From contig CAXXYH010000003.1 in NCBI GenBank assembly GCA_963677925.2, positions 768,001 to 832,000 of the forward strand: a DNA stretch of 64,000 nucleotides, in the 5' to 3' direction. A program made the translations under genes and the position numbers. This document shows, in pieces, positions 9,882 through 18,599 of this stretch; positions within the stretch are counted from its first letter, which is position 1; the number at the start of each line of letters is the position of its first letter. A model generated the notes under the pieces. That model was not told where the DNA came from, ran no database searches, and saw nothing but the letters and a program-made list of their open reading frames with translations. The DNA comes from Spirochaetia bacterium (GTDB lineage Bacteria; Spirochaetota; Spirochaetia; UBA9216).

Positions 9882-9947
9882 ATGTTAGTTTTGAATTTTC
9901 CGACTGTCCAATTGATAATTTCTATTCACTCTATAGTTAAAAGTTAT
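9882..9947 (-). promoter_or_regulatory. LysR-type promoter of the lactonase gene
   Basis: ATAA-N7-CTAT-N7-ATAG-N9-ATTGGACA-17-TAACAT on the minus strand. Confidence 0.65.
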
Positions 9948-9977
9948 AAAACTGTGTTTTTCCCGAACATTTTCACC

Positions 9978-10024
9978 GAATATATTCGATTAAACTTGAC
10001 AGCTGGAGAATTTGGCCATAAAAT
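9978..10024 (+). promoter_or_regulatory. Sigma70-type promoter of the FAD/Fe-S operon with an upstream palindrome
   Basis: TTGACA (9996)-17-TAAAAT (10019); CGAATATATTCG 12-bp palindrome at 9978-9989. Confidence 0.65.
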
Positions 10025-10088
10025 AATGCTGTTGAATCAATAAATGACAAACAACACATAAACAAAATCTTAATTATTGGAGATTACC

Positions 10089-11552
10089 ATGAGTGATACG
10101 CTTAGCCGATTAACTAGTATTGTCGGTGGAGAAAATGTGATTGAGAATCCGGATTTCTTCAGCTCTTCCGTCTGGTTTAAAACAGGCGAAAATCAGCTAA
10201 CTCCTGATTTTCTTGTAAAAGCAGCAAGTACCGAACAGGTTCAGGAAGTGGTTAAACTTGCCAATGAACTTGCACTGCCCTTAATTCCGGTCAGTTCATC
10301 AGCTCCCCATAAAACAGGAGGAGTTTCTGTTGATGTACCGGGAGCTATTGTTCTTGACATGAGCGGAATGAAAAAAATCATCCGAATTGACAGAACTCAC
10401 TGCATAGCAGTAGTAGAACCTGGAGTAACCTGGGAAGAATTATCAGTTGAATGCGCAAAAAAAGATCTTAGAATTACACACCCTCTTCTTCCCAAGAAGG
10501 GAAAATCTGTAATTGCAAGCCTCGTTGACAGGGAACCCTGTATTTCTCCGAAGTTTCAGTACAGCATGACTGAGCCACTCAGATCGCTTGAGATTATTTT
10601 CGGAACAGGCGATAAGGTTCTTACCGGAATGGGCGGCCATATGCTCAACGATGATAAAAAATGGGAAGGCGGCGAAGTACCTATCACAAATAACGGGCCT
10701 CACCAGTTTGACTTCATGAAAATGGTTTCAGCTGCACAGGGCGCAATGGGTATTGTAACAATGGCATCACTCAAACTTGAGCCCATCGGAAAAGAAGAAA
10801 AAGCTCTTTTTATCGAAAGTAATTCCTACGATAAACTTGTAGATTTCCTTTATACTACACTGAAATTCAGATTCGGTGATGAAGTATGCGTTTTCAATAA
10901 AAAAGCCCTTGCTTCAATCCTTGCTGACGATGCAGAAGGCGTAGACGCATTCGAATCAAAACTTTCACCCTGGACCGCCCTTGTTAATATTAAATGGGGA
11001 GCTCTCAGAGCCAAGGAAAAGATTGCTGTTCAGGAAGAAGATATTGCTGAAATTGCACAGAATAACGGTCTTGTTCCAACATTTACAGTAGGCGGAATCC
11101 CCGCTGCCAAAGTAACAAAAAAAATCATTGCTGTTGACGGTGACAGTGAATGGAAAAGCAAGGCTACAGGAGCTTCAAAGGAAATATTCTTCCTTTCTAC
11201 TCTTGATAAACTTCAGGGACAGTTAAAAAAAGCTGCAGAAGTAGCTGATAAACACGGATATGCTTTCTCCGACTGCCCGATTTACCTGCAGCCTCTTCAC
11301 CAGGGTGTAGCTGTACACTGCAGTATTGCGCTTCCGATAACTGAAGATCAGGCTGACTCAGCTGAATACAAAGCACTCTACGATGACATGAGCAGGGAGC
11401 TTGCAGGTGTTGGAGCTTTTTATTCAAGACCCTACGGTATCTGGTCTGAGATTATGTATGAAGGCAATGCTCAGCACACTCAGCTGACAAAGCAGATGAA
11501 AGACATCTTCGATCCCGAGTATGTGATGAACCCGGGCAAACTGTGCTTCTAG
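10089..11552 (+). CDS. FAD-binding oxidoreductase (GlcD/VAO-type)
   Basis: IVLDMSGMKKI, VVEPGVT, GAMGIVT, C-terminal FDPEYVMNPGK; ATG at 10089 after GGAG. Confidence 0.85.
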   Translation: MSDTLSRLTSIVGGENVIENPDFFSSSVWFKTGENQLTPDFLVKAASTEQVQEVVKLANELALPLIPVSSSAPHKTGGVSVDVPGAIVLDMSGMKKIIRIDRTHCIAVVEPGVTWEELSVECAKKDLRITHPLLPKKGKSVIASLVDREPCISPKFQYSMTEPLRSLEIIFGTGDKVLTGMGGHMLNDDKKWEGGEVPITNNGPHQFDFMKMVSAAQGAMGIVTMASLKLEPIGKEEKALFIESNSYDKLVDFLYTTLKFRFGDEVCVFNKKALASILADDAEGVDAFESKLSPWTALVNIKWGALRAKEKIAVQEEDIAEIAQNNGLVPTFTVGGIPAAKVTKKIIAVDGDSEWKSKATGASKEIFFLSTLDKLQGQLKKAAEVADKHGYAFSDCPIYLQPLHQGVAVHCSIALPITEDQADSAEYKALYDDMSRELAGVGAFYSRPYGIWSEIMYEGNAQHTQLTKQMKDIFDPEYVMNPGKLCF

Positions 11553-11574
11553 TGCAAGGAATAAGGAGAGAATA

Positions 11575-12843
11575 ATGGCATTAAAAGACTATACAAAAGA
11601 AATAGAAAGATGCAGCGCCTGTTCATACTGTAAATGGATTCCATTTGACCAGGTTAAGAGCATCAGATACTCAAAAAACTGCCCAAGTATTGATTACTTC
11701 AATTTTAACAACTATTCAGCACGAGGCAGATATCTGACAGCAAAGGCTATTCTAAGAGGCGAAGCTGAAATTACTGCTGAAGTAGAACAGATAGTTCACA
11801 CATGTCTTACATGCGGCTCATGTGATGTAGCCTGTAAGATTGCAAGATACAATCTCGAACCTCTTGAGATGGCCAAGGAACTTCGAAAAGACCTTGTGGC
11901 TAAGGGAAATTATCCTGAAACTCAGAAGGCTCTTGTTGAAAACCTTAAAAAAGAAGCAAACATCTTTGGAAAAGCAAGAAAGTCACGCGGAGACTGGGCA
12001 AAAGGACTTAATTTAAAAGACCTTACCAAAGAGAAAGCAGAAGTTGTCTTTCATGCAGGCTGCTCATACAGCTATGATGAAAAACTTCAGGGTACTGTAA
12101 AAACTGCAGTTGAAATTCTCGGTAAAGCCGGAGTTGATTTCGGAATTATGGGCGATGCAGAAATGTGCTGCGGCGCAAGAATCAATTCAATGGGTCATAC
12201 TGATGAATATGAAAGACTTGCAAAAGCTAACATTGCACTCTGGGAAAAAGCCGGAGTTAAAACAATCGTTACAGCATGTTCTGACGGATATCATGCATTC
12301 AAAAGACTCTACCCCCTCCTTGGAGCCGATTTCAAGGTAATGCACATTGTAGAATACATTGATCAGCTTATCAAAGACGGAAAACTTAAGTTTACCAAAG
12401 AAGTTCCAATGACTGTAACATACCATGACCCCTGTCACCTCGGTCGTCAGGGTGAAGAATATGAAGCATGGGACGGAAAGGAAACAACCTACAAGAGTCA
12501 GATCATCGTTCATGAACCGCGCAAACCCAGATACAACGGAGCCTACGGTATCTATGATGAGCCCAGAAATATCCTCAATGCCATCCCGGGTGTAGAACTT
12601 CGTGAAATGGAAAGAATCAGGGAATACAGCTACTGCTGCGGAGCAGGCGGCGGAGCCAAGGAAAACTACCCGGAATATTCCGCATGGGTTGCAAATGAAA
12701 GACTTGATGAGGCTGCCTCAACAGGTGCTGAAACCCTGGTAACAGCTTGTCCATGGTGTAAAACCAATTTCAGTGATTCTGCTGCGGATGATAACTCCAT
12801 GGCTATCATCGATATACTTGACCTTGTAAGTAAGGCACTTTAA
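11575..12843 (+). CDS. Fe-S oxidoreductase (GlcF/HdrD-like, two CCG domains)
   Basis: CSACSYC, CLTCGSCDVAC, MCCG, YHDPCHLGR, CCGAGGG, TACPWC. Confidence 0.9.
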   Translation: MALKDYTKEIERCSACSYCKWIPFDQVKSIRYSKNCPSIDYFNFNNYSARGRYLTAKAILRGEAEITAEVEQIVHTCLTCGSCDVACKIARYNLEPLEMAKELRKDLVAKGNYPETQKALVENLKKEANIFGKARKSRGDWAKGLNLKDLTKEKAEVVFHAGCSYSYDEKLQGTVKTAVEILGKAGVDFGIMGDAEMCCGARINSMGHTDEYERLAKANIALWEKAGVKTIVTACSDGYHAFKRLYPLLGADFKVMHIVEYIDQLIKDGKLKFTKEVPMTVTYHDPCHLGRQGEEYEAWDGKETTYKSQIIVHEPRKPRYNGAYGIYDEPRNILNAIPGVELREMERIREYSYCCGAGGGAKENYPEYSAWVANERLDEAASTGAETLVTACPWCKTNFSDSAADDNSMAIIDILDLVSKAL

Positions 12844-12858
12844 ACAGGGAGAAGATAA

Positions 12859-14517
12859 ATGAGTTTAACAGATAAACAATACCGGGAATTAGAAGCCATT
12901 GTCGGTAAAAGAAATATTTCAAGAGACGATGCTGTGCTTGATGGTTACAGATATAACCTGTCCCACACCGCTATCCATCTCGGCCCTCACTTTGACGTAC
13001 GTACTCCGCGACCCCTGGCAGTTATGCTTCCGGGAAGTACAGAAGATGTACAGGCAATTACAAAGTTCTGTGCAAAACATAAGATTAAATATAAACCATC
13101 TACAACATTCTGGTCAGCACAGGGATATCCCTGTGATAATGAAACAATTGTTCTTGATATGAGAAGAATGGACAGAATTCTTGAAATTGATGCCAAAAAT
13201 ATGATTGCAGTTGTTGAACCGGGAGTACTCGGAGCAACACTTCAGGCTGAAGTTATGAAAGTCGGTCTCAACTGTCATATTCAGGGTTCAGGATGTTCTT
13301 GTTCAATCCTGGCAGGTGCTACTGCATGGCTGGGTTCAGGTCCAAGTAACCTTTACGCCGGTCAGCAGTATGAAAACCTTCTTGGAGCAGAATGGGTTCT
13401 GCCTTCAGGAGAAGTACTTAAAACCGGTTCACTCGCATATGATGATCCTACAGGATTCTGCGGCGAAGGCCCCGGCCCGTCAATGCGCGGTGCTATCCGT
13501 GGAATGTTCGGTTCAAAGGGTTCAATAGGTACTTTCACAAAATGTGCTGTAAAACTCTATGCATGGCCGGGTCCAAAAGAACTTCCGGTTTATGGAAAAG
13601 CCCCTGCATATACAACTAAGCTTCCTTCCAACTTCAATGCTTTTACACTTGCTTTCCCGACATGGGAAGCATGGGCAAAGACAGCACATCTGCTCTGGGA
13701 AAACCAGATTGGATACAGCGCTCACCGCCAGTTCAACTTCCTTGGAAGAGATTTAAAGTGGGGTATGATTCAGATTCTTACTGATCCTACAAAAACAATC
13801 TCTGACCTTGAAAGTCTTGTTAATGCACCTGACTTCAAAGAAAAAAATGACTCGATGAAGATAGATTTCCAGCTCATCATGGCCGGAATGACACAGCGTG
13901 ATTACGACTGGCAGAAAGAAACTCTTGATGAGATTCTTGAGATTACAGGCGGATGGATTGTAGAGTGTATGGATACTGAGCACCTAACAAACTATACCCT
14001 TCTCTACCTTCTCAGACTCGGACATAAGTCACTCAACCTTGTTTACGGCGGAGGTTACGACGGAAACTTCGGAATGATCAACGCAATTGACTTCGGTTCA
14101 CAGAGAGCTGAGGAAGTCGGTGATTTCAAGCGTGAATGGGAAAAGAAGGGAACTATCGTTGAAGGCGGCGGAGACTGTATGATGGGACCAATCGGCGGCC
14201 AGGGAGGCGGCGGATCAGGACTCTGGGAAAACTTCACATGTTTCGACAGTGCAGATAAAACCTCAACTGACGGATGTCTTGAGTTCTTTGATGCATCAGC
14301 TGCATTCACATCTTCAAAAGGATGGTCCGGATGTGGATTTGAGAAACTTAACTCAAATGCACGTGGTTATGACGGCTATTCAACAACACCTGATTTCAGA
14401 AAGAATGCATATTCAAAGCATCCTGCTGCTGCAGCTTTCAAATACCAGGCAAAAGTTTACAAGTCAATGAACCCGGATGATCTCGGTGATACTTACTACG
14501 AGAGAATGCCCGACTAA
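12859..14517 (+). CDS. FAD-binding oxidoreductase (GlcD/GlcE/VAO-type)
   Basis: LPGSTEDVQ, LDMRRMDRILEID, VVEPGV, EWVLPSGEV. Confidence 0.8.
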   Translation: MSLTDKQYRELEAIVGKRNISRDDAVLDGYRYNLSHTAIHLGPHFDVRTPRPLAVMLPGSTEDVQAITKFCAKHKIKYKPSTTFWSAQGYPCDNETIVLDMRRMDRILEIDAKNMIAVVEPGVLGATLQAEVMKVGLNCHIQGSGCSCSILAGATAWLGSGPSNLYAGQQYENLLGAEWVLPSGEVLKTGSLAYDDPTGFCGEGPGPSMRGAIRGMFGSKGSIGTFTKCAVKLYAWPGPKELPVYGKAPAYTTKLPSNFNAFTLAFPTWEAWAKTAHLLWENQIGYSAHRQFNFLGRDLKWGMIQILTDPTKTISDLESLVNAPDFKEKNDSMKIDFQLIMAGMTQRDYDWQKETLDEILEITGGWIVECMDTEHLTNYTLLYLLRLGHKSLNLVYGGGYDGNFGMINAIDFGSQRAEEVGDFKREWEKKGTIVEGGGDCMMGPIGGQGGGGSGLWENFTCFDSADKTSTDGCLEFFDASAAFTSSKGWSGCGFEKLNSNARGYDGYSTTPDFRKNAYSKHPAAAAFKYQAKVYKSMNPDDLGDTYYERMPD

Positions 14518-14625
14518 TTAAGTAATAAAACATCGGCGGAGGTTTCTGCTCTAATCCATATGAGCAGGCCCCAGCCTTATGTTTTAAGATATCAGTTTAG
14601 CACTGAATCAACCCTCCAGAAAAAT

Positions 14626-14662
14626 GGGGCTGCCGCATACCCGATAGGCAGCCCCTCTTTTT
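14626..14662 (+). terminator. Intrinsic terminator
   Basis: GGGGCTGCC...GGCAGCCCC followed by TCTTTTT. Confidence 0.8.
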
Positions 14663-14705
14663 ATATTCCTCCATTTATTCTTTTTATTTATTCTTTCTCT
14701 TTTCC

Positions 14706-14771
14706 ATAGATTTCAGCTATCAAAACGATGATTTAATAGAATTGGACAGGAAATTCAGTTGAAGCTATAAT
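14706..14771 (+). promoter_or_regulatory. LysR-type promoter of the UGSC-family gene
   Basis: ATAG-N7-CTAT-N7-ATGA-N9-ATTGGACA-17-TATAAT. Confidence 0.7.
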
Positions 14772-14842
14772 TTCTTGACAGTAAACGTTTTATACAATTG
14801 CAGAACACCTTCCTGTTCTGCTTTTAATATTAGGAGAGATTA

Positions 14843-16546
14843 ATGAAATATTCAGCTTTGAATCCTGTAGGCATCCCTGATCCGCTTGATGTGATAGGAC
14901 TCAATTCCCGTGTAGCCGACCTGAACGGAAAGACAATAGGACTGTACTGCACCTTTAAAGCCCACTGGGTTTTGATTTTAAAAGAATTGGAAAAACAGCT
15001 TTCAGCTCTTTATCCTGACGCGAAGTTTACCTATTTTCAGTACACAAAGGATCTCAATTCTCACACCCAGGTAGCTGAGGTAATGAAAGACCCGGATGTC
15101 CGCCCTGATTTTGAAAAATGGATTGCAGATACCGATGTCGTAATTGTAACCAATGCAGATGCGGGTTCATGCTCACTTTACCTGACATATAACGCCACTT
15201 TCTGTGAAAGACTGAAAAAACCAATGGTTATGACTGTAAACCCGGCATTTATCCAGATCAGCAGAAAGGCTGCCGGTCTCAGGGGAGTGCCTGCAATACG
15301 CATGGCGGAACTAAATATAGGTGATATCTCAATGGAAGAAGATTTAACCTACTTCATAAACGAGTTCATCCCATCAGAAGTTAAGAAATCACTTCCTTCA
15401 ATTATTGACGGTCTTACAAAACCGCTCTCTGAATCAGAGAAGAATCCAGCTATTGAAACAGCAGAAGTACCTGTTGTTGAATATTGCGGTAATCTGGAAG
15501 AAGTCAATATGCATTTCTACAACGAGGGGTTGTCCTACGGCTTTCCTATCATCCCCCCGACAGAGGAACTGGTAAACCAGATGCTTGCCGGCACTGACCT
15601 GCCGCCCAACCATATTGTAGCAAGAATGCCTCCTATGAACGGCAATGCAACGGTAGAAAAAATTGCTGTAAACGCGGTTATGGCAGGTTGTCTTCCTACT
15701 TACATGCCCGTCCTTATTGCTGCTGTTGAGGCTATGGTCGATCCGCACATGTGGTTTGAAGCCTACACAACCAGCGTCGCAAACTGGGCGCCTATGATGA
15801 TGGTAAACGGACCTATCAGAAATGATATCGGGCTGAATTACGGTCTGGGAACACTCAGTCCCTACTTCAAGGCCAACGCAACTATCGGTCATGCCATGGG
15901 TCTCATTATTATGAATATTGCCGGCATTAAGCACGGATTTGAAGACATGGGTTTCCTTGGTCATGAAGGCCGTTTCGGTATCTGTATCGGCGAAAACGAA
16001 GAGGTCAGCCCATGGGAGCCGATGCACGTTTACTACGGCTTCAAAAAAGAAGACAGTGCAGTAAGCTGCTTCTGGCCTAACACAAGAGCCTTTACCATGA
16101 TTGGTAAAGATGTTGCAGGAAGCCTGGCAGCTATGTGTGACGGGATGCAGGTCTTCGGAAGTGATCCCGGTGCGGCCATTGTAATGACAGCCGGTACAGC
16201 CTTTGCACTTCAGGAAGCCGGCTTCGGAAGAAAAGAATTTGTTGATTACATAGTTGAGTATGCAAGACGGCCAGCTGCAGAGATGAATCTCAGGTGGATG
16301 GTCGGCAATAACCACAGGCATCCTGATGTTCCGCTTCCGCTTGAAGCTACACGCTCAACCAGAAAATTCATGTCAGGAGATCACATACCTGTCATAGTTT
16401 CGAGTATCGCAAGATCAGGCGGTGTCCTCATATACGGCGGCGGCGGAGACCACGGCGGACCTGTAACAAAGAAGATGACACTTCCGAAAAACTGGAAAGA
16501 GCTTGTTGCGAAATACAGCGGGTACAGGAAACCGACAATTCTTTAG
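14843..16546 (+). CDS. UGSC-family (seleno)protein-like domain fused to its usual partner domain; function unknown
   Basis: LNGKTIGL...ADAGSC N-domain; GFPIIPPTEELV and ATVEKIAVNAVMAGC C-domain. Confidence 0.7.
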   Translation: MKYSALNPVGIPDPLDVIGLNSRVADLNGKTIGLYCTFKAHWVLILKELEKQLSALYPDAKFTYFQYTKDLNSHTQVAEVMKDPDVRPDFEKWIADTDVVIVTNADAGSCSLYLTYNATFCERLKKPMVMTVNPAFIQISRKAAGLRGVPAIRMAELNIGDISMEEDLTYFINEFIPSEVKKSLPSIIDGLTKPLSESEKNPAIETAEVPVVEYCGNLEEVNMHFYNEGLSYGFPIIPPTEELVNQMLAGTDLPPNHIVARMPPMNGNATVEKIAVNAVMAGCLPTYMPVLIAAVEAMVDPHMWFEAYTTSVANWAPMMMVNGPIRNDIGLNYGLGTLSPYFKANATIGHAMGLIIMNIAGIKHGFEDMGFLGHEGRFGICIGENEEVSPWEPMHVYYGFKKEDSAVSCFWPNTRAFTMIGKDVAGSLAAMCDGMQVFGSDPGAAIVMTAGTAFALQEAGFGRKEFVDYIVEYARRPAAEMNLRWMVGNNHRHPDVPLPLEATRSTRKFMSGDHIPVIVSSIARSGGVLIYGGGGDHGGPVTKKMTLPKNWKELVAKYSGYRKPTIL

Positions 16547-16591
16547 TACCGATATCATTCATCCAGTTTTGAATATCATATCTATGTTTCC

Positions 16592-16620
16592 GGGACCGCC
16601 TTCTATAAGAGGCGGTCTTT
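16592..16620 (+). terminator. Intrinsic terminator
   Basis: GACCGCCT...AGGCGGTC followed by TTT. Confidence 0.7.
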
Positions 16621-16638
16621 AGTTTAAAGAGAAAAACT

Positions 16639-16830
16639 TTGGAACTTACCCAGTTTCGATATTATAAAATATTGGTCTTTTACAGGCATTTTACCAATGC
16701 AGCACATCAGCTTTACATCTCACCGAATACGAAAAAAGCCTTTACAATATTGAGGAAAGACACCTGGCAAGGACTGCCAGGCTATTTCTTAACGTAATAG
16801 TCGATTATTTTAATAAACTCATAGGTGATT
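16639..16830 (+). pseudogene. Internally deleted LysR-family regulator remnant
   Basis: TTG-initiated MELTQFRYYKILVFYRHFTNAAHQLYIS resembles a LysR HTH start; another frame gives ERHLARTARLFLNVIVDYF, like a LysR C-terminus. Confidence 0.55.
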
Positions 16831-17766
16831 TCATGTTTTATAATGAGCAAGTTCCTCATCCACAATTTCCCGTAAACGTCCTCGGACCATTACCTGAGGG
16901 ATAAATTTACCTCCGGGTGTACAGGTCTCAAGCCAGCCCCTAATATGCTCACGCACTTCATCTTCGGTGGATACAGGCGAATTGACAAGCTGGGTATCTA
17001 CCCCGCCCCTTATTATAAGCCTGCTACCGAATTCTTTTTTCACCTCGGCAACATTATTCATGGGAGCCTGAAGAGGATGAATACTGTCGCTCCCCAGCTC
17101 TACAAGATCTCCGATTATCGGCTGAACCATTCCGCATGAATGCTGTTCATAAAACATTCCCAGCTCATGCGTCCTGATGATAACTTTCTCAACTTCCGGT
17201 TTTATAAATTCTCTCCATAGATCAGGAGAAAAGAACATGTTTGTATTATTTCCCCAGTCATCATGAACCCCGACAAGATCAGGATTATAGTACTTTTTCA
17301 TGCATTCAAGATACTTCAGTTTATGCTCAGTGAGTGCATTGAAGAACTCTTTCAGAGCCTCAGGTTCAAGATAAAACGCCATGCAGGCATTCTCAAACCC
17401 CATCAGGGCATGAAGCCTTTCAAAGTGTCCGTTAAAAACAATAGCGGATAAAAACTGATTATCAGGGTCAAAATCCTTTAACTGCATTCTGGCATCAGAT
17501 TCCCAGTCAAAGGTATCCAGATCAGGAAACTTGACAACCTCACGCCATTCAGTAATATTCTCAAGTATGTGCCTTCCGGGAGTAGGGGTCTGATCCATAA
17601 AATCAAAATATGTCCAGTGAACACCAAAGAAATCCAGACCGCCTTCAGGCTCTCTGCAGCGCTCTCCGGGTCCGATAACCGGATATTCATCACGTAAACC
17701 GGGAAGAAACAAAGTTTCTTTCCCGGAATACATATTCAATAAATTTTCTCTGCCGTTCATAGACAT
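16831..17766 (-). CDS. URO-D-fold methyltransferase (corrinoid-dependent demethylase MT-type)
   Basis: RENLL start, GHFERLHALMGFENAC, HDDWG, HSCG, GGVD. Confidence 0.75.
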   Translation of the reverse strand: MSMNGRENLLNMYSGKETLFLPGLRDEYPVIGPGERCREPEGGLDFFGVHWTYFDFMDQTPTPGRHILENITEWREVVKFPDLDTFDWESDARMQLKDFDPDNQFLSAIVFNGHFERLHALMGFENACMAFYLEPEALKEFFNALTEHKLKYLECMKKYYNPDLVGVHDDWGNNTNMFFSPDLWREFIKPEVEKVIIRTHELGMFYEQHSCGMVQPIIGDLVELGSDSIHPLQAPMNNVAEVKKEFGSRLIIRGGVDTQLVNSPVSTEDEVREHIRGWLETCTPGGKFIPQVMVRGRLREIVDEELAHYKT

Positions 17767-18488
17767 TAAACCGGAAGTCTGTCATCAGACCAGGAAGCAT
17801 AAGGCTGCGGAGTTCTTGGTGCGCATTCGACAAAGGTATCAGGGCTGTAAGGATGAAAATATGTTGTTGGAAATACGTTGTCAGGATCGCCGCCGTACTC
17901 AAGAATTCTTTCTTTTGGTATAGCTTTACTGACATTATTCTGATCATATTCTGTCCATGGAGTATCAAAGGGGCATCTGAAAAGCCTGTACCAGTGATAA
18001 TGCCAGATTTTCCAGGAACCGTCCTCCATTTTTATAAAGTCAGCGGCAATTCGTCCCCATGCCCATTCGGCCTGATGTTTCTGCTTTTCTTCATTCCAGA
18101 AAGTTTCATGTCCCGGAGAAGTCCATACACCCCTTGCTGTTTTTCCATCGTCAGCAACAACAATCTGAGGTGATGCAAGGTCATGCTCAAACATCCATCC
18201 GGTATGAGATTTCATACCGACCTTTTCTTTGAAGAAAAACTGTATATTCTTAAATCCCTTGAGCAGACCGAAGTTCGCTACCTCATATGTTGAATCGTCT
18301 CTATCGGCAAAATAAATCCACTGATTAAAGTGGTTAATCGGCTCATTCGGATTAGCCACATGCGTATTCATATATTCACCAAGAACACGTTGAATTTCAT
18401 TTATTGCCTCAACTCTTTCAACCCGCAGTGTCATTTTTTCATGCTCATCTTTTAACTTCTTAATTTCTTCAAGTAATTCTTTTTCCAT
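17766..18488 (-). CDS. SnoaL/NTF2-like protein (BaiE/LinA-type fold)
   Basis: EAINEIQRVLGEY, HDLASPQIVVADDGKTARGVW, DFIKMEDGSWKIWH; TAATG overlap with the next gene. Confidence 0.8.
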   Translation of the reverse strand: MEKELLEEIKKLKDEHEKMTLRVERVEAINEIQRVLGEYMNTHVANPNEPINHFNQWIYFADRDDSTYEVANFGLLKGFKNIQFFFKEKVGMKSHTGWMFEHDLASPQIVVADDGKTARGVWTSPGHETFWNEEKQKHQAEWAWGRIAADFIKMEDGSWKIWHYHWYRLFRCPFDTPWTEYDQNNVSKAIPKERILEYGGDPDNVFPTTYFHPYSPDTFVECAPRTPQPYASWSDDRLPV

Positions 18489-18558
18489 ATAACTCTTCCT
18501 TTGTTCTATTGATGACTACTTTTTGTGATTGGATTTAAAACCCCCTGAGGTGACAAGT

Positions 18559-18592
18559 AAAACGGCTGCCTTCTTACCGGCAGCCGTTTTTT
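18559..18592 (-). terminator. Intra-operon hairpin
   Basis: AAAACGGCTGCC-8-GGCAGCCGTTTT. Confidence 0.7.
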
Positions 18593-18599
18593 ATAATAA

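Noticed and set aside
15158-15172. Selenocysteine recoding in the UGSC gene
   Set aside because: The codon is GCG, with no in-frame TGA
15434-16321. 295-aa minus-strand ORF
   Set aside because: Lies wholly antisense to the UGSC-family gene and has no recognisable motifs; shadow ORF
16697-16753. MQHISFT... resembling an IS5 transposase start
   Set aside because: Only 18 codons and no terminal inverted repeats; the LysR reading explains the region better
2584-18488. Bile-acid 7-dehydroxylation (bai) operon
   Set aside because: The BaiCD/H-like and BaiE-like folds are present, but no CoA ligase, CoA transferase or SDR, and the active-site motifs differ
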